Of a stretch of DNA of 64,000 nt, positions 1 to 13,832 are shown in pieces; the stretch's first letter is position 1; every line of letters starts with the position of its first letter. The position numbers and the translations under genes are program-made. The notes beneath the pieces are model-generated. The model did no database searches, was not told the origin of the DNA, and was given only the letters and a program-made list of their open reading frames with translations. Origin of the DNA: Ascidiella aspersa (taxonomy: Eukaryota). Where the stretch lies: contig OZ004614.1 of NCBI GenBank assembly GCA_963924565.1, positions 22,072,001 through 22,136,000 on the forward strand. Direction: 5' to 3'.

Positions 1-268
1 TCATCATGAATTTGTTTAACGAGCAAGTGTCAGCGCGGCCGAATTTCGATTTTTTTGATAAGTGTATGCTGTGCAAATAAAGTTAGGGAGTTTAAATCGA
101 CGGTATTCGGTTTTCCCATGCTGTAGCTTCTGAAATACTAAATAACGAATTTCAACGCTAGTAGCGGTCGAAAAGTTGACAAACCATTTTAAGTTTTTCG
201 TTCAACCACAACAAAAAAAATTAGGAAAAAAAAATCAAAAAAATTCGTCGAACCATTTTAAACTAACT

Positions 269-568
269 CAGTGTTTTTCAACCTTTTTCGCGGCGGCCCA
301 AATATTATGTGTAAATATGACGAGTAAGGTTCAGCCACCTAATTGTTTTTTTCTTGTAAGCGAAATAAAAGCTAGGCATTGGCATAAAGAATTTCGAATT
401 TTAATAACTATACATTATTTGTATTGCTTCCTTAATTTTCCTAACTGAGAAATTTTGCTCAGAAACAATCCCAATTAGTAAAAACATGTGAATTAATGCA
501 GTCAGCGACCCAACCAAATCAAACAGCGACCCAATTTTGGGTCGCGACCCATAGGTTGAGAAGCACTG
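269..568. mobile_element. non-autonomous hAT (Buster/Charlie-type) MITE
   Basis: Termini CAGTGTTTTTCAACC / GGTTGAGAAGCACTG. Flanks AACTAACT (261-268) and CACTAACT (569-576) give an 8-bp TSD matching 7/8. Subterminal GGGTCGCGACCC; related to 7138-7449. Confidence 0.85.
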
Positions 569-1775
569 CACTAACTCCTTTATGGCATATCATGAATTGA
601 TAACAACGGGGTTATACAGGAAAACCGAAGTCTCCCACACAACGAGGGCAAAAAGCGTGTTTTTTGGTTTAGCTCGGTCGCCGACCAACTCATTAATCAT
701 TCAGAAACAAGTGAACCCTAAGCAACTCCGACTTGAATGTTCCTCGTCCATAAAATAAAAGTTTCTTTTTATCGAGCCGCGCCGTCGCCCTTTGCAGCGT
801 GCGTTATGCATTATGCAAAGCGGACGGACATCGAGGTGCCGAGGACGTGGTTCGATTAGGATCGAAAACAGAGGCGAATTTCGATCTGAGACGGCGAAAA
901 ATAAATTGTCGAAAAAAAAAAATCGTTCGCCTTAATTGACCGCGTGAAGCCGGCAGCCGACGTCGATGCCATGAATATGGATGATGACAAGTGTAGGAAG
1001 AATTCTGAGTACAATTTGAGGTGAAAAAAAATAAAAAAAATGTTGAAAGTCAAGTGAGTTGAAATGCAAAAAGAATGTTTGTCTGCTTATTGTCCGGTTT
1101 TAGCAATTTAAGGTATTGCTAGATTTTAACAGCTTTTAAAACTAAAAAAAAATTACATAAAAACATTAAATTTAAACCGATCGGCAGTAAACTTAACAAA
1201 ATATATTTTTTTTAATAAAAAAATTCAAATATTCTTTTTTTAATTTAAAAAAACAAAGGATTAGGTGTCTATCTATAAGGGCTCATTCGAGCAAAACGTT
1301 CCAAACTAGCAATTTTCACCTTCTCACACATAAATGCAGCAAAAAGATCCCATAAAGACAAAGCGCCTTTAAATAAAAGCGTGGACGACAAAAACAACCA
1401 AATCACGGCAACTTTCCGCCGTAAGCAAAAGGCCCTAATCCCACCAGACCTCTCTTTGATTCAAGCGATGGCCAGACAGGTCTCACCCATCACTTGGCTC
1501 GCCAGAGTGTTGCAAAAGATAATTGGTCGCGGTCGGAATAAAGGAGGGTAGACAGGAAATAGCTGCAAGGTCGTTATCTGCAACCCGAACGCCGGGTGTA
1601 GGGTTACATTGGGGCGGCGTGGTTTTAACGGGGTTGCGCAAATGGGGACGGTATGTTCGGATTGGCTGGGGCGATGTTGGGGCAATGGGTGGGGTTTAAG
1701 AAAGAGGGTCGTTTCGTAAGTAGTATGGCGAAACATATAAATTATGTTGTGCTTTTCGAGTTTCAGTATGGCCAA

Positions 1776-2628
1776 TAGGGATATTCAAAGTAGAATACCA
1801 AGGTATTCTAGAATAATAGGTTTCGAATCTAGAATAACGAATCCAGAATAGCGAATCCTAGTATATTTTTATTACATTATTTAACCTCGATTTTGTTTGG
1901 GGAAGGGATTTTTTGTTAACATGTGTACATTATAATAAAAAAAATCTGCCATATGTTTAACATTCTTAACAACTGTCATTTGAAGCAGTTGTGTAAACTG
2001 TAATATGTCAACTGTCCAGGTTGTTGCCAAAACTTATATTTTTGCCAATAGTGAGTACAATGCAACACCGAACACAGAACTCTTTAGCAATTCGGCCCTG
2101 TTTTTAAAGCATTGTTGCTTGTTGAGTTTTTGTGCTTCTTTTTTTGACTAAAAAGATCTGTTATGCAGTCAAATAATGTACTGCAAAGAATAAGTTACTA
2201 TTGACATAACGAATACTTGACAATTACGCTGTGCATTACTGTATAACCTCGCTGAAAATCCAGCACCTCTTACAACGTAATGTTACGTTTGCAACTTAAC
2301 GCATTTAGGGAAATTGGGAACTCCCCACCTGAAATTACACGTTAGTCGCTCGCCCAATAATGCTTGATTGACACCTAATTATTAGACGAACGTTATCGCG
2401 AGACGCGGTAATTTGTCGCCCGAAAAAACGCTGACACTGCACTACCAGGTTACATTTAAAGCAATCACGATAAATTGGTCGCCGCAGCGACAGGCCAACT
2501 TACCACACGCGTTTGTACAAACGTTAAATTATATCGGTTCCAATTACCCGAAATAAACGGCAGAATTGGATTCGAATCTCATCTGGATTCGAATCCAAGG
2601 ATTCGATATTCTACTTTGAACATCCCTA
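1776..2628. mobile_element. non-autonomous hAT (Ac-type) element
   Basis: 22-bp TIR TAGGGATATTCAAAGTAGAATA / TATTCTACTTTGAACATCCCTA (21/22). Perfect 8-bp TSD ATGGCCAA (1768-1775, 2629-2636) fits the nTnnnnAn pattern. Subterminal GATTCGAATC-like repeats. Confidence 0.93.
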
Positions 2629-3069
2629 ATGGCCAATGTCGTGATTTCTAGATTTTTAGCCAAACAGATTGCTTAGAGGCCAACATTTCGGTAATAGCCT
2701 ATCCAAACGCATCCCGGTAATTTAATAAGTATGGCGTTATGATTCGTCTGTACACTTCATCATCTGGGCTATATCACAATATGGGAAATTCATGGCTTGG
2801 TTGTTTTGATTTTCGAGTTGTTTTATATAAGCGTCAGTATATATTCATGTAGCACACCGCTGATGTGTCGCTAACAGCTTACATAGGTAATTACATATAT
2901 GTACTGGTCCACATTTCATACAGGAGATTTTTTTTTCGTGCGCCGTGACTGCTAAAACAACTAATCGCAGCCTACTACACTAGTAGCATTTACAAACGCC
3001 CCTATAATTTGTGCATTGCAAAGTTAAATTAAGAACGACACAAGCTTTGAAGAGCTCACGCCTCTTTGT

Positions 3070-3330
3070 TATCCAACTTGCGCGTTCAGCACCCCTCCAA
3101 ACCCCACGCGTACCCAGCCCCAACGAACAAGAGCCGGTATTTTCACACGGGGTAATTACCGCACCCCGACCGCCCCTTGTGGGGCAAAGCGGCGCCCAAG
3201 GGGGGTTTGGGGGGTGTGGCGTAATGATGTTTCGCCCGGCGTTGCGCTTGGCTACGTTACATAACCAGCGGGCGCAGAACTCGGCGGCATAGCATCCCTT
3301 TTGCCCGCGCGCAATTGAATGGCTATTACG
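3070..3330. promoter_or_regulatory. GC/CpG-rich non-repetitive island, possible intronic cis-regulatory element
   Basis: Abrupt rise in GC and CpG over the AT-rich background; palindromic GGTAATTACC. Compositional evidence only. Confidence 0.25.
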
Positions 3331-6300
3331 GGTCTGCGGTCCATGTGGGGGTATAGGGTTGAGGTGTGTGATTCCATGTCGGAATGTGGTTCACGGTCGA
3401 CAGATCCTTTGTGCGCCAACGAGCATACGTTACCCGGCGACGGGCATTTGCGTGTTTGCGGAGAGCGAAAGGCCCTTTATAGGCGGGATCGTGACAGCAG
3501 GGCTAGGAGGCGCTGCGAGTTGGGCCGGGAACGGGTTTGCGGGTTCCAACAACCGCTAACGGTTTTGTATAAATTACAAGGAAAGCGTGTGAACCGAGCG
3601 CAGAATTGAAACCGTCGGCTATCATGTGAACTTCGATTAGAGGCGAAAATGATAAAAGTTTGCGCACAGAACGTTCGGCAACCTTTTGGCGTGATGCTAT
3701 AACCAAGTGGTCTTTTTTATAACCGACCCCAATTTAAATAAAGTGAAATCAGCATTTACTGGATGCAACCTCAGTTGGTTGCTATAGCCGACTATTCTGT
3801 AGAGAACGAAAAACCTTTGCGTCGACAGTGAGAATCGGAGTTTAAATCAATTTGCGTCCACAAAATAAGTGTGCTTGTTTGCGGGGTATTATAGCGAACT
3901 AAAAGTATACTAAAAAGTATTCAGCTGTGACTTTTTTGTCAGTTCGCTGAGGGTTGCAGTAAGTTTCAAGCGAGCTTATCGGTTAATTATCGCCCACCGG
4001 AACATAATGACGTCATCAAACAACATACGGTGAAAAATAAACTGTAAAGCTGACGACTTTGTAGATATTAATGTACATAGTCATTTAAGCGTTTTAGCGT
4101 TAAGATTGTGACGCAGCAATTTTTTATGAGAATTTATTAGATTTAGGTATTTGGCAAAAAAAGAACCGTTATGAAACGCAGAATACACAGTATTCTGCTG
4201 TTACTGATCAGAAATTAAGGTCGACATTTATCTTGCAAGGGTCAAGGTGATTTCCATTATTCACATATTCAGTACAACACAATTATTAAAGCGTTTGATG
4301 TTTGGTGGGTAATCTACGAAGGCACTCGACTTGACTGATCACAATAGCATTGCAGCATGCAAATGCGTACAACGCTCCGAAAAAGCCTCTCGTAATTACA
4401 ACTGCGCGTAAACAAATACACAAAACGCCAGGGAAAATCGCCAACATATATAGACCGTTAGGACTTAAATCTCAAACGGCGCAAATAGCGATCGGCAGTG
4501 AAAAAACCTGAAACGCGTAAATCCAAGGCGCTCGTAACACTCCGTAACGACCGACGTTAAAGGCGAAAGCCGCCGGGCGCGAGGAACGAGACTCAATTAA
4601 CAAGGCGACGATGCTTCATATTATTGCCAGATGATAACTCAAACAAACGCCTGAGGCGAAAGTGTGTGCGTTCGGCGCTGTGAGGCAACAGGTCGCGTTA
4701 ATCATTGATCGGCCAACTTTAAACGGTCGCCACAGAAGTCAAACACAAGCGCTGGCGACTTTGCTTTTTTGCTGTTGCAAGAGGGGCATGTTTCTGAACG
4801 TTGTTGCTGAAGGGCTTTCCGTATATAAACATGGAAGTTGCGCAATGGGGAGTTATGGGAATGCACTGTTGAAACAGTATTTTCGATACTTTGTTCACAT
4901 TCCGAAACTGATACCCCATGAGCAAAAACACGGCGGTAAGACCTGATACCAACTACGTCATTACTATGGCCAAATAAGCAATATTGATCAAATTAAAACG
5001 TGCAACCGTGATGCTTTTCAGGTTTCGAGGGTTAAAATCGACTTTGAAGCTTGTTCATAGCATCGATTGTATTATCAATTCATTATTTTCGAGCAAAGGT
5101 CGAAAATGTTATGTTGATCCGCAAACTTTGGCTGAAATTCACGAATGAGGGATGAGATTCGACATTCAAACAAATCATAAATGAACGAAATAAAAACAGT
5201 TTGCACTTTTGCGCACTTGATTCGTTTGACGGAAGGTTCGTGCGTGATTTTTTGCTAAATTTCAATACCAATGACGATAATGTTGGTATCCGTCTGCATG
5301 TTCGCAGCTTACCAATTAAAAATGGTCAATCACAGGAAAAATTTGGACGCCTTTTGCAGCGGTTGTGGCAACATACAATTTCAACTAACTTTAAACCCAT
5401 TTAACCCATCGTATAGCGAGTCATCTCTGGACATTACGCAGAAATCACGTAACAACGTGCAGCTGATTTCTAACGGCATCAAGCATAAAGAGACTTGCCC
5501 CTCGTGAAATCGATTGTTCGCAAACGTCAGAAATGAATATAAAGTGCAACATTACGAATTAAACCCGGTGTATTTATAACTCACGTGTTGAATGCATGCA
5601 TTAAAAACAGTCTTGTAAGTTGAACAATAGCTAGACACACAAACAATCAGTCAATTTACAAATGTATTTTCATTGCTGGTTTTTGTAAATTACCCTTTTA
5701 TCACAAATATGCCTAATGAGAGCATAATTTCACACTGCATGACGAATCCCCGGCTTTGGTACCACCAAGGGGTACACGTACCTCTGGTTAAGAACCCCTG
5801 ACCTAAAAAATGCTTAGAGTTTTTCGCCCGACGTTACGCAACCATTTGCTGTCAGGCGGGAAAACCATTAGGGGTAAACGAGGCTCGACGGGGGAGGGGG
5901 TCCCGAAGCGGGGGGGGGGGGAGGTCACTGACGCTCTCCTGGCCGCAGTGACGTTCGTGGCCCGACACAGGTAGCGAAAATCACACCTGGCATCCGTCGC
6001 GCTTCGTTGAAAGAAGCGTGCGGTGTAAATTCGTGGGGGGAAAAAGCTGTTTTTTATCGGTAACGAAAAGAGCAGGTTGCGTTTAAAAAGGAAGGGGAGT
6101 TTAAATACACAAATCTTTTCCTTTTTAAATTTTGGAACTTGGTGTACATTTCTCATTTTCATCATTTCGGCCAAATTACGACAGTGTTAGGATTTCACTG
6201 ACGCGCGAAATTATTGGTTGAAAAACAAAAAAAATGTTTTGGTGGGTTGGGTTGTTGTAACATGTCACGTGCTTTACATTTAAATTTCAAACTATTTTTT

Positions 6301-6600
6301 TTTTTAAACCCAGAAAGATCCTAGTAGAAAAGTGTAACACCCCATCTGTCGAGTTCACGTGCAACAAGGGTGCGGCGGCATTGCGGAAGGTAACTTAATA
6401 CACACGCGACGGTCATACTTTGCCGGCGCTCGGTTGTGGCTCATTTGCTGTAGCGAGGACGTACGATTCACGCACATTCCTGTGAGGTCGCTAACTTTGC
6501 AAAACAAATGGGGGTGTCGTGTATCTATAGTCAGACTGCCAAGCAAACCACTTCGGTATCATGCTGCAGCCAAACCGGTGTTTAGTATTTTAGTCTGGAG

Positions 6601-7005
6601 CAGTGGTTCTCAACCGCCGGTCCGCGTCAACTTTCCTGCCGGCCCGTCAAATATATTACAATGTTAATCGCAATTGCAAAATTCAAGATGTTGAAGGCTT
6701 TTCCATCAAATTTAGAACTTCGCCAGCTCCGTAATTACACGTAACATAGAGTTAATGGTCTACTTTGGACTTCATTGTACGTCACAATGCTGCAAGTGTT
6801 TTGGCCAACTGTTTAAAAGTAGGCTACAACTCGTTCAAGTCTTAAATTTTAAGACCAGCTGTATGTGAAAGCTAAAAAGTGTTTTAGTTGCATACTGTTG
6901 CGTTATCAAATTTTGGGTTGATTTCGATTTTTGAAGGTCCACCGGTCCGCAAAACTTGTTTTGAAATTTTACCGGTCCGTGTGCTAGAAAGGTTGAGAAC
7001 CACTG
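6601..7005. mobile_element. non-autonomous hAT (Buster/Charlie-type) MITE
   Basis: Perfect 15-bp TIR CAGTGGTTCTCAACC / GGTTGAGAACCACTG. Perfect 8-bp TSD GTCTGGAG (6593-6600, 7006-7013). Confidence 0.95.
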
Positions 7006-7137
7006 GTCTGGAGGACCAAGTTCAACTCTTACTTGAATGTCACTTTTTGAGACGGATGTTGCTGGAATTTGGAATTTAGATTAGTTGTATCTTTAAAACG
7101 AACCCCAGCAAGTGCTTGTGACGCAGTCGGCATACAC

Positions 7138-7449
7138 CAGTGTTTCTAAATCCGTTTTTCGCGGCGACCCAAACAATACGCGTAGGGATAGGAGCAAAGC
7201 TCAGGCGACCAAATTCTCTTTACTGAACTCTTTGAAGCTTTGAGTGAGCAAAACGCAAATTAAACAAAGAATTACCAAACACAAATGTATTTCATATGAA
7301 CCATATCTTCCTTATTTTTTCCTCTAGATTTTGGAAAAAAATTGTTGAGAACCAACATTAATAAACCTAACGATAAGAACTACTGCAGTCGCCCTAACTA
7401 TAACGTTGTTGCGGATTTGGGGTCGCGAGCCATAGGTAGACAAACACTG
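7138..7449. mobile_element. older hAT MITE, same family as 269-568
   Basis: Starts CAGTGTTTCTAAATCCGTTTTTCGCGGCGACCC and ends GGGTCGCGAGCCATAGGTAGACAAACACTG. TSD degenerate (5/8). Confidence 0.7.
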
Positions 7450-7817
7450 TTATACATACTAACTTTAAACTGCTCAACGAAAATATTACGGGGTGAAGGG
7501 CGAGAAATAGAAACAACTCAGCTCACGATTTAAAAGTGTAGCATTTCGAAGCCACAAGGCGCATATGACTCACGAAATTCGACGAACTTAAACGTAAGGC
7601 TACAAGCCGCCCAAAGCCGTCTAAGCCCGTAAAGTAACTCGCCACCCAAGATGCATTTAGTGCGTGCTTGCGATACTGGGTCAAAAACTGGTGGGTGGTT
7701 TAGGGGGGAAGGGGGTGTGTTTAACGGTGTCGAGTTCTCACGTCGCCAGTCGTCAATGGAGCGTAACAACAACTGTCATAAAAGCATTAAGGTTTCTAAC
7801 AAATATTTTTTTTATTT

Positions 7818-7947
7818 GGGTACACTATGCACGGATCTGTAATGTAGCTTAATAATAATAAATAATACTAACTGAAGTTTATACAAGTATCGAAAACGTC
7901 TTAATCAAGATGCTGTCGATCTACTAGACCTTTTTGGCTTTGAAATT
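7818..7947. mobile_element. Penelope-like-element-derived short element, family F, with degraded hammerhead core
   Basis: 7872-7940 is near-identical to 21901-21973. 7821-7856 is the reverse complement of that family's 3' tail (21982-22019). Flanked by TATTTTTTTTATTT at 7804-7817 and 7948-7961 (low complexity). Confidence 0.65.
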
Positions 7948-10650
7948 TATTTTTTTTATTTTTTTGTGTTTTTCCATTTATTTTACTACGAGCGTTCAGT
8001 GTCCTTTAACATTTAAATAGATTTCCGAAATGTTGGTTAACAATTACAATTTCATGAGGAGCTGTTTTTAATTATTAATATTATCCCTGGTAGCAACAGT
8101 TTTTGTTTTGTTTTTTTTTTAACGAAAAATTTTAGTTATGTATACCTTTTGACAACTTCTCTGCAACGAAAAAATATATTACGTGCTAAACACACTGAAA
8201 TCACCCACAATAGCATTAGAAGACATGTTATCCTACGAATTATGAAACTACATACCAGCAAAACTGAACGCTACACAGTCGTGTAACGCCTTATTGCTTT
8301 TCACTTTTCGGTGCCCAGCTAAAAAAGCAACGCAGGTCACCCAAAGGAATGACCGCAGCCAGAATGCGGATGTTATCTTAACCGCACTAGGGCGCAACTC
8401 GAAAGACACCCGTGGGTCGTGGCGGTGGTTTGAGTAATGAACAAGTTGTCGGACCTTATCGTACGACTGACAATCAGGCCAACACAACAACTACAAGGAT
8501 TTTCAGCACCTGGGCAAGAGTGGAGCTTTCCAAAACACATTTAAGGAACGCTTTTGTCTTTCGATATTTTTTGATGTGAATATAAATCCACGATAAATCA
8601 AAACGCGAACCTTTTAATTTCTCGGGAAAACGGCCAGGATATTTACAAAAAAAATGCCCAGACCGCAGTTTTTCACTTTCAAATATTTAGACCAAAAGCC
8701 GGGTAGGAAACAAATTTTTTATGTCGTCTATTTCTGCGCACGTACAAGATTTTTCCGTAATACTGTAAAACTAGGCGACTCTTGCGCATTTCCGCAACCA
8801 ATGTTGGTCCAACCAAAAGAAAACACCAACAAGGTCCGAATAAAAAGGGGCAAAAACGGGGAGGAGTAGCTTTTAGACGAGGCATTGACCCAAAAAAGAA
8901 AAAATGTTAGGGAAGTCGTTAAAATGAGCAAACGGCCCTATAAGGTGAGAGAGTGCAGTGGATAGGGAGTCGTGGGTTGGTTTGCGTTGTAGAGGTGCAG
9001 TGAAGCGAAAAGAGCGGCCTCGCCGTCTCCAGGCATCACCTGTCCAACGTTTCGCTTTGCACCCGAAACGTTACTTTTCGCGGTAACTACGCCTCGAGAA
9101 AGCTGCACAGAACACGTGGATGGATCACGAACTGGGCGCCTGCAAACTGTCGACTTTTTTTGCTGGACGAAATGCGTTGCGTTTCGTTGCTAAGTGTGCA
9201 CGTGAAAATATGCCGAAAATGTGCGAACATTTAAACTATACTTTCAAGAAGTTATGGTTATTGCGCGCTTTTAGATTTATTTCCGACACTCGTATATGCG
9301 AATTACGATAAACGGACATCAAACCGTGTGCAATCTTGCCGACCTTAATTGGCATTTTTTCCTATATTTTTATTATTATTATTTGTTTGTTGAAGGGTAG
9401 GAGGGGGTAGACTGGTGGAACCATACTTTGACGTGTTTGAAATAACCGCTACAAGAAAGAATTAAAATTGTTTTGGCAAAGTGTAAAGTTGGACGTTAGC
9501 AACGCTTTAATCGTTACATCTCAAGAATCGGTATTCCTAGTTAAGCTACAGCCGACTGTACTGGACGCCTTATCACCTTGACTACTGAACAGCAGCAAGT
9601 AGGACTTCATCAAAGTCACTCAACTTCAGCCATTCAGCGAAATATTTAATACGGAAAATGCAAACTAGTGTGAACCAATTACTTTTCGACTGTGCTACAC
9701 GGCAAAAAGGAGCTAGTATTTTAAATCCTGATATACAGGCTGAGGTTTTGATATATGGGCTCAGGAGACGCCAGCGCCGACTACAAAGGCCAGCGATGGA
9801 GGCGCGACGACGGGCGAAATCGCACACGCAGCCTTAAACCGCAACATCAAGGCCCAGGCGCGCTGTTGACAAAGCATAGACTTATCTCGTTGGACTTGTT
9901 AAAAATCGCGATCTTTATCGGCGCCCCGGCTGGGACGAGATGCTGTGTGTGCTGTGCGTTGTGCCTTTATCGTGGAACTGCCGCCGACTCAATAAACCTC
10001 GCGATGGCGCAGGTCGTTTTGATAAGACCCCCTCCCCCGCTAAATCTGCGATTTTTTTTGTTTAGGGCTGAGATATGTGTTTTTATATGAAAAAAAAAAC
10101 GAAAAACCTGCGTAACGTCAATTGTTTTGCGCACGCTATTTGTATTTTCTGTTAAATATTTTTATTCCAAAGGTAATTTTTTTTTAACTGTTTTTTTTTA
10201 CAGTTGAGCTGCGATCAATAAATTAATGTGACGGGTAAACTGAAAGGCGTCTCGTGCAAGCGCGTGTCGAGAAAGACGGGGTTTCGCGTCTTCAGAGCGA
10301 CTTGAACACGAAGGGGGGACCGAGGGAGGTGAGAGCGGTGCTACTCAGGTGTTGTGAAGGCGCCGTCACGCACCAGAGCAGCAGAGCAGCAGGTATGCTG
10401 ACGCAAAAGCAACACAAGACATCGGCTCGATTCAAAACGGTTAGGGGGGTAGAAATGGTCCATCTAACCACGCCACCGAACGCGCAAAACCGCCGGCGAG
10501 CAGCATCTCGACTTGTGTACCGGTCAACTAGCACAGCCACTTAGCAAGCTGTGACTTTAACCCGTTAAAAAACAGAATCACTTTCAAACATGGTCAGTTT
10601 ACATTTTCGAGTTCTTTTTAATATACTAAAATACCACAATCCGACACTTT

Positions 10651-10840
10651 AATATTTTCACCTTTAAGTATTTTCGCAAAATGACTTGTACTTATAAAGT
10701 GACTTGTTAAAAAATCGAAATAAAGGCATTTTTTTAGAAAGTCTGCGGTTGTGCAAACAATTCGACGACTTGAGGCTCTAAATTTAAGTATTTTAGCAAA
10801 TGACTTGTCGACTTAAGGATAGAGTACTTTTGTAACAGTG
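10651..10840. mobile_element. degenerate fragment of the GACTT-repeat MITE family
   Basis: Multiple TGACTTG/GACTTAAG motifs; ends TTGTAACAGTG, resembling the family TIR. Confidence 0.45.
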
Positions 10841-11313
10841 TTTACGTCAGTACTATTCGTACTATAGACAAAAGAACTAGCCAAGATCGACAGGCAGTAT
10901 ACGAAGAAATTATAAAACCATCCGAAACACTTTTTTCATACCACGCACTTTCGATCATCCACAGAGTTCGAAATGTGAGATACAAAAAAAGCGACGCCCG
11001 AGACAACAATTGGCCAGGTTCTGAAAACAAACAGTGGCGTAAACCTGCCTCGAATTACGCGCGTCGATCGCGGCAAATTCACTGTCACGCGCGTCACGGT
11101 TCGGCGACGCCTCGTCGCGCTTGGTTGCGCAAGCAGCGACAGCGCTCTGCGGTTTTCCCTCGGAGCGAAAGCCAAGACGCCAAGGCGAAAGAAAGGCGCT
11201 GGGCGCGATCGTATCAATTGTACACCGGTTACTTGCGGTCTTTGGATGTCGGTGTTTGTTCTCAAGTTTAACGTGCGCGTCTGACCGTTAAGCAGACACT
11301 GGCGGACGAGGCG

Positions 11314-11314
11314 G

Positions 11315-11345
<31 letters not shown>

Positions 11346-11347
11346 GG
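11314..11347. repeat. (GT)n followed by a poly-G tract
   Basis: Directly visible simple repeat. Confidence 0.9.
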
Positions 11348-11899
11348 TCTGCTGCCAGGACGCCGCGTCCGGCTTCCGACATTACACAGAGGCGCCCTTA
11401 AACCTTCACAGGCGACGACGGCAAAAACAACATCGCCACGGTCAAGGCGCTTGCTTGTTCAGACGGAGGTTTGATTAGGCGAACTCAATGCCGTTGGTGG
11501 CGCTATAATCGATTTACTTTGCTTTATCCGGTGCTTCAGGGTTTTCGGGGCTTCGGAACTCGATTTTATCGCTTCGGGAATGACTTCAATTTTTTCGGTC
11601 TGGGCCGTCTCCGAAAGTTCGCAGGCTTTGTAGAAAGAGCCAAATATGACCGCGCTTATTTACAAATCAAACCACCGCACATTTCGCTTTCGGAACAAAA
11701 TCCGTCTGGCACTAAATTTTGCGGCAATATTTCGGCACATTTTATTTCGCAGTCGAGCAATTTCAGCAAAGCAAAACGCCAATCGCGCAAACTTCAAGCC
11801 GCACGTCTGAAGCGACGCACTGCGCTCATTAAAGCAATTAAAATTTCGGCGTCAAATAACAGATTGGAAGCTGCTTGAGCGCTGCAAAATGAGCATAAC

Positions 11900-12330
11900 G
11901 GCATCACGACCCGCAGTAGCAACAGCAGCGTCCTATTGTCGGCGTTTGGCAAATCGGCGAGCGCAATCTTATTGATTGGCACCTTCGGGCTGCTCCGTGA
12001 CGCAAAGCGCGGCTCCGAACGGGAATCGCGCGCAAACGGAATGTTAATACATTTAGGAGCGAGCGGGCGCGGCGGCAAAAGACTCGAAGCGACCAGTAAA
12101 AAATACTAGAGAGAAAAGAAGAGAAAACAGTGCGAGCGGCAACAACTAGAGGCCAGCAAACAGTGACATGGCTTTCTCGCCGCCATCGATTTTCGCGCTG
12201 CCTGTCTGCCGGCTCGTCACGCACCAGTTGGCGCGTGATTGATTGGCGAGCGAGAGGAAGCCATTTGCCGCTGCTTGCCGCAAACCTAGTGGTTTTTGTA
12301 CGTAGGCGCTTGTCAGGGCAGCCACCGACC
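11900..12330 (-). promoter_or_regulatory. candidate internal promoter/enhancer within the ZMIZ1 intron
   Basis: CpG-rich, with two ATTGATTGGC motifs (CCAAT on the minus strand) at ~11971 and ~12238 and a GA-rich tract at ~12107-12128. Confidence 0.35.
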
Positions 12331-13302
12331 AGTTGGCTGGCTTTTCGCTCGAAGAGTAGCTGCCGAGCTATGACGGAAAACGGCTGCAAGATGTCCAAAC
12401 AGGTTTTGGGTTCGATAGAGTGGGATTTCTTATGTATTTTTGTTGGAGAAAGTGCAAACTGAATGCAACCACATCGACACTTTTATGTAATTACATCGAC
12501 AAACAGCCCATGTTGTTAACCCCTAGTGTAATGGTTTTCCAACTGGGTTATCCCCCCCCCCTTGGGTTCGTGAAGAAATGGGTATCGGAATATTTTTAAA
12601 TTTATTCCCTGATGAATTTTATTACTTAAAGCACACCCGTCTCGTTTATTCAAACCTTGTAGAAGAAATTATTGTACAACTATTATTCTTAAATTTACGT
12701 GGTAAAAAGGGGGTTTTGCTAAGTAAACAAGTTTCAGAAGCACAGCTAAATGGCTTAAAGTATAGGGCAAGGCATAAAGCTATATATATATGTATATATT
12801 ATACGCATGCCACAGGAAAGTTCTAAAAATTCAGTAAATCTGGCAAAAAACGAGAAATATTTTAACCCAGTCTGGACATACCGGGGTGAAACCCTTTTAG
12901 TTGTGCAGAAATATTAAAAAAACGCGAGTGTGATGATGACTGACAACTGTTGGCACACAAAACGACAAATTTAATGATCGCCGAACGGCGCAATCGTGCG
13001 CTATACTCTGGCATCCAAAATCGCAGAAAGGCGTGATTTCGGTCACGCAGGCGCAATGAAAACGTCGCCAGAAACAAGTGCAACTTCAAGTCACACTGAG
13101 AAAAGACTGCCGTGAGCAAATGTTTTCGGATTCTAGTAGTCGTCGCACAGGGAACTGAACGCGTTTCTTTTTTCGCCATACATCGACAACAAAACAAGTA
13201 CTTTCAAACCCTTAATGCGAGCGACACGGTATTATTGACCTGCATTGGTTTGGAAAGGGGGGCTTTTCATTTTGCCCAGCGCCAAATTTGTAGAGTGTAG
13301 AC

Positions 13303-13832
13303 CAGGGATGTCCAACCTTTTAGCAGAAAAGGGCCGCATTGCCACTTTAAAAATTTCGATGGGCCTCAAACCTCTCAAATTAAAGGGGCGACGTCCTAAG
13401 TTACGTCATATCGTGACGTCATAAAACAACTTAACTTATAAACACCCGCTCTTGGAGAATGAACTTATGCGCGAATATGCAAGTAATCTCGATCTTATTT
13501 ATTAGTTGTATCATGGCGAAGCGCAAAAATTTGAGTTTTTACATCTTTGGCCTGATAAATTTCCTTAAAACGGTCCGAAAACATACACATTTAGAAAAAC
13601 ACACATCTTGCTTAGCAATGGTGTGTGCACAAAGTGTTCGATGGATGTTGAAAAGCGACATTAGACTCGATTATAGTCCCAGAAAAAACATAAGATTAGG
13701 CCTACGTCAAATACTGCATGTTCTACACGTTTTGATGATAGTCGAAACAATTGTATTTAATAATTACTGAAAGTGACAATAAGTGGTGGGCCGCACGTAA
13801 ATATCAGGCGGGCCGCAGGTTGGACATCCCTG
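13303..13832. mobile_element. non-autonomous hAT (Buster/Charlie-type) MITE
   Basis: Perfect 16-bp TIR CAGGGATGTCCAACCT / AGGTTGGACATCCCTG. Perfect TSD GTGTAGAC (13295-13302, 13833-13840). Confidence 0.95.

Noticed and set aside
5745-5800. hAT-like right end GGTTAAGAACCCCTG
   Set aside because: No matching left TIR or TSD found, so boundaries cannot be defined. The same applies to the partial ends at ~12525 and ~52611.
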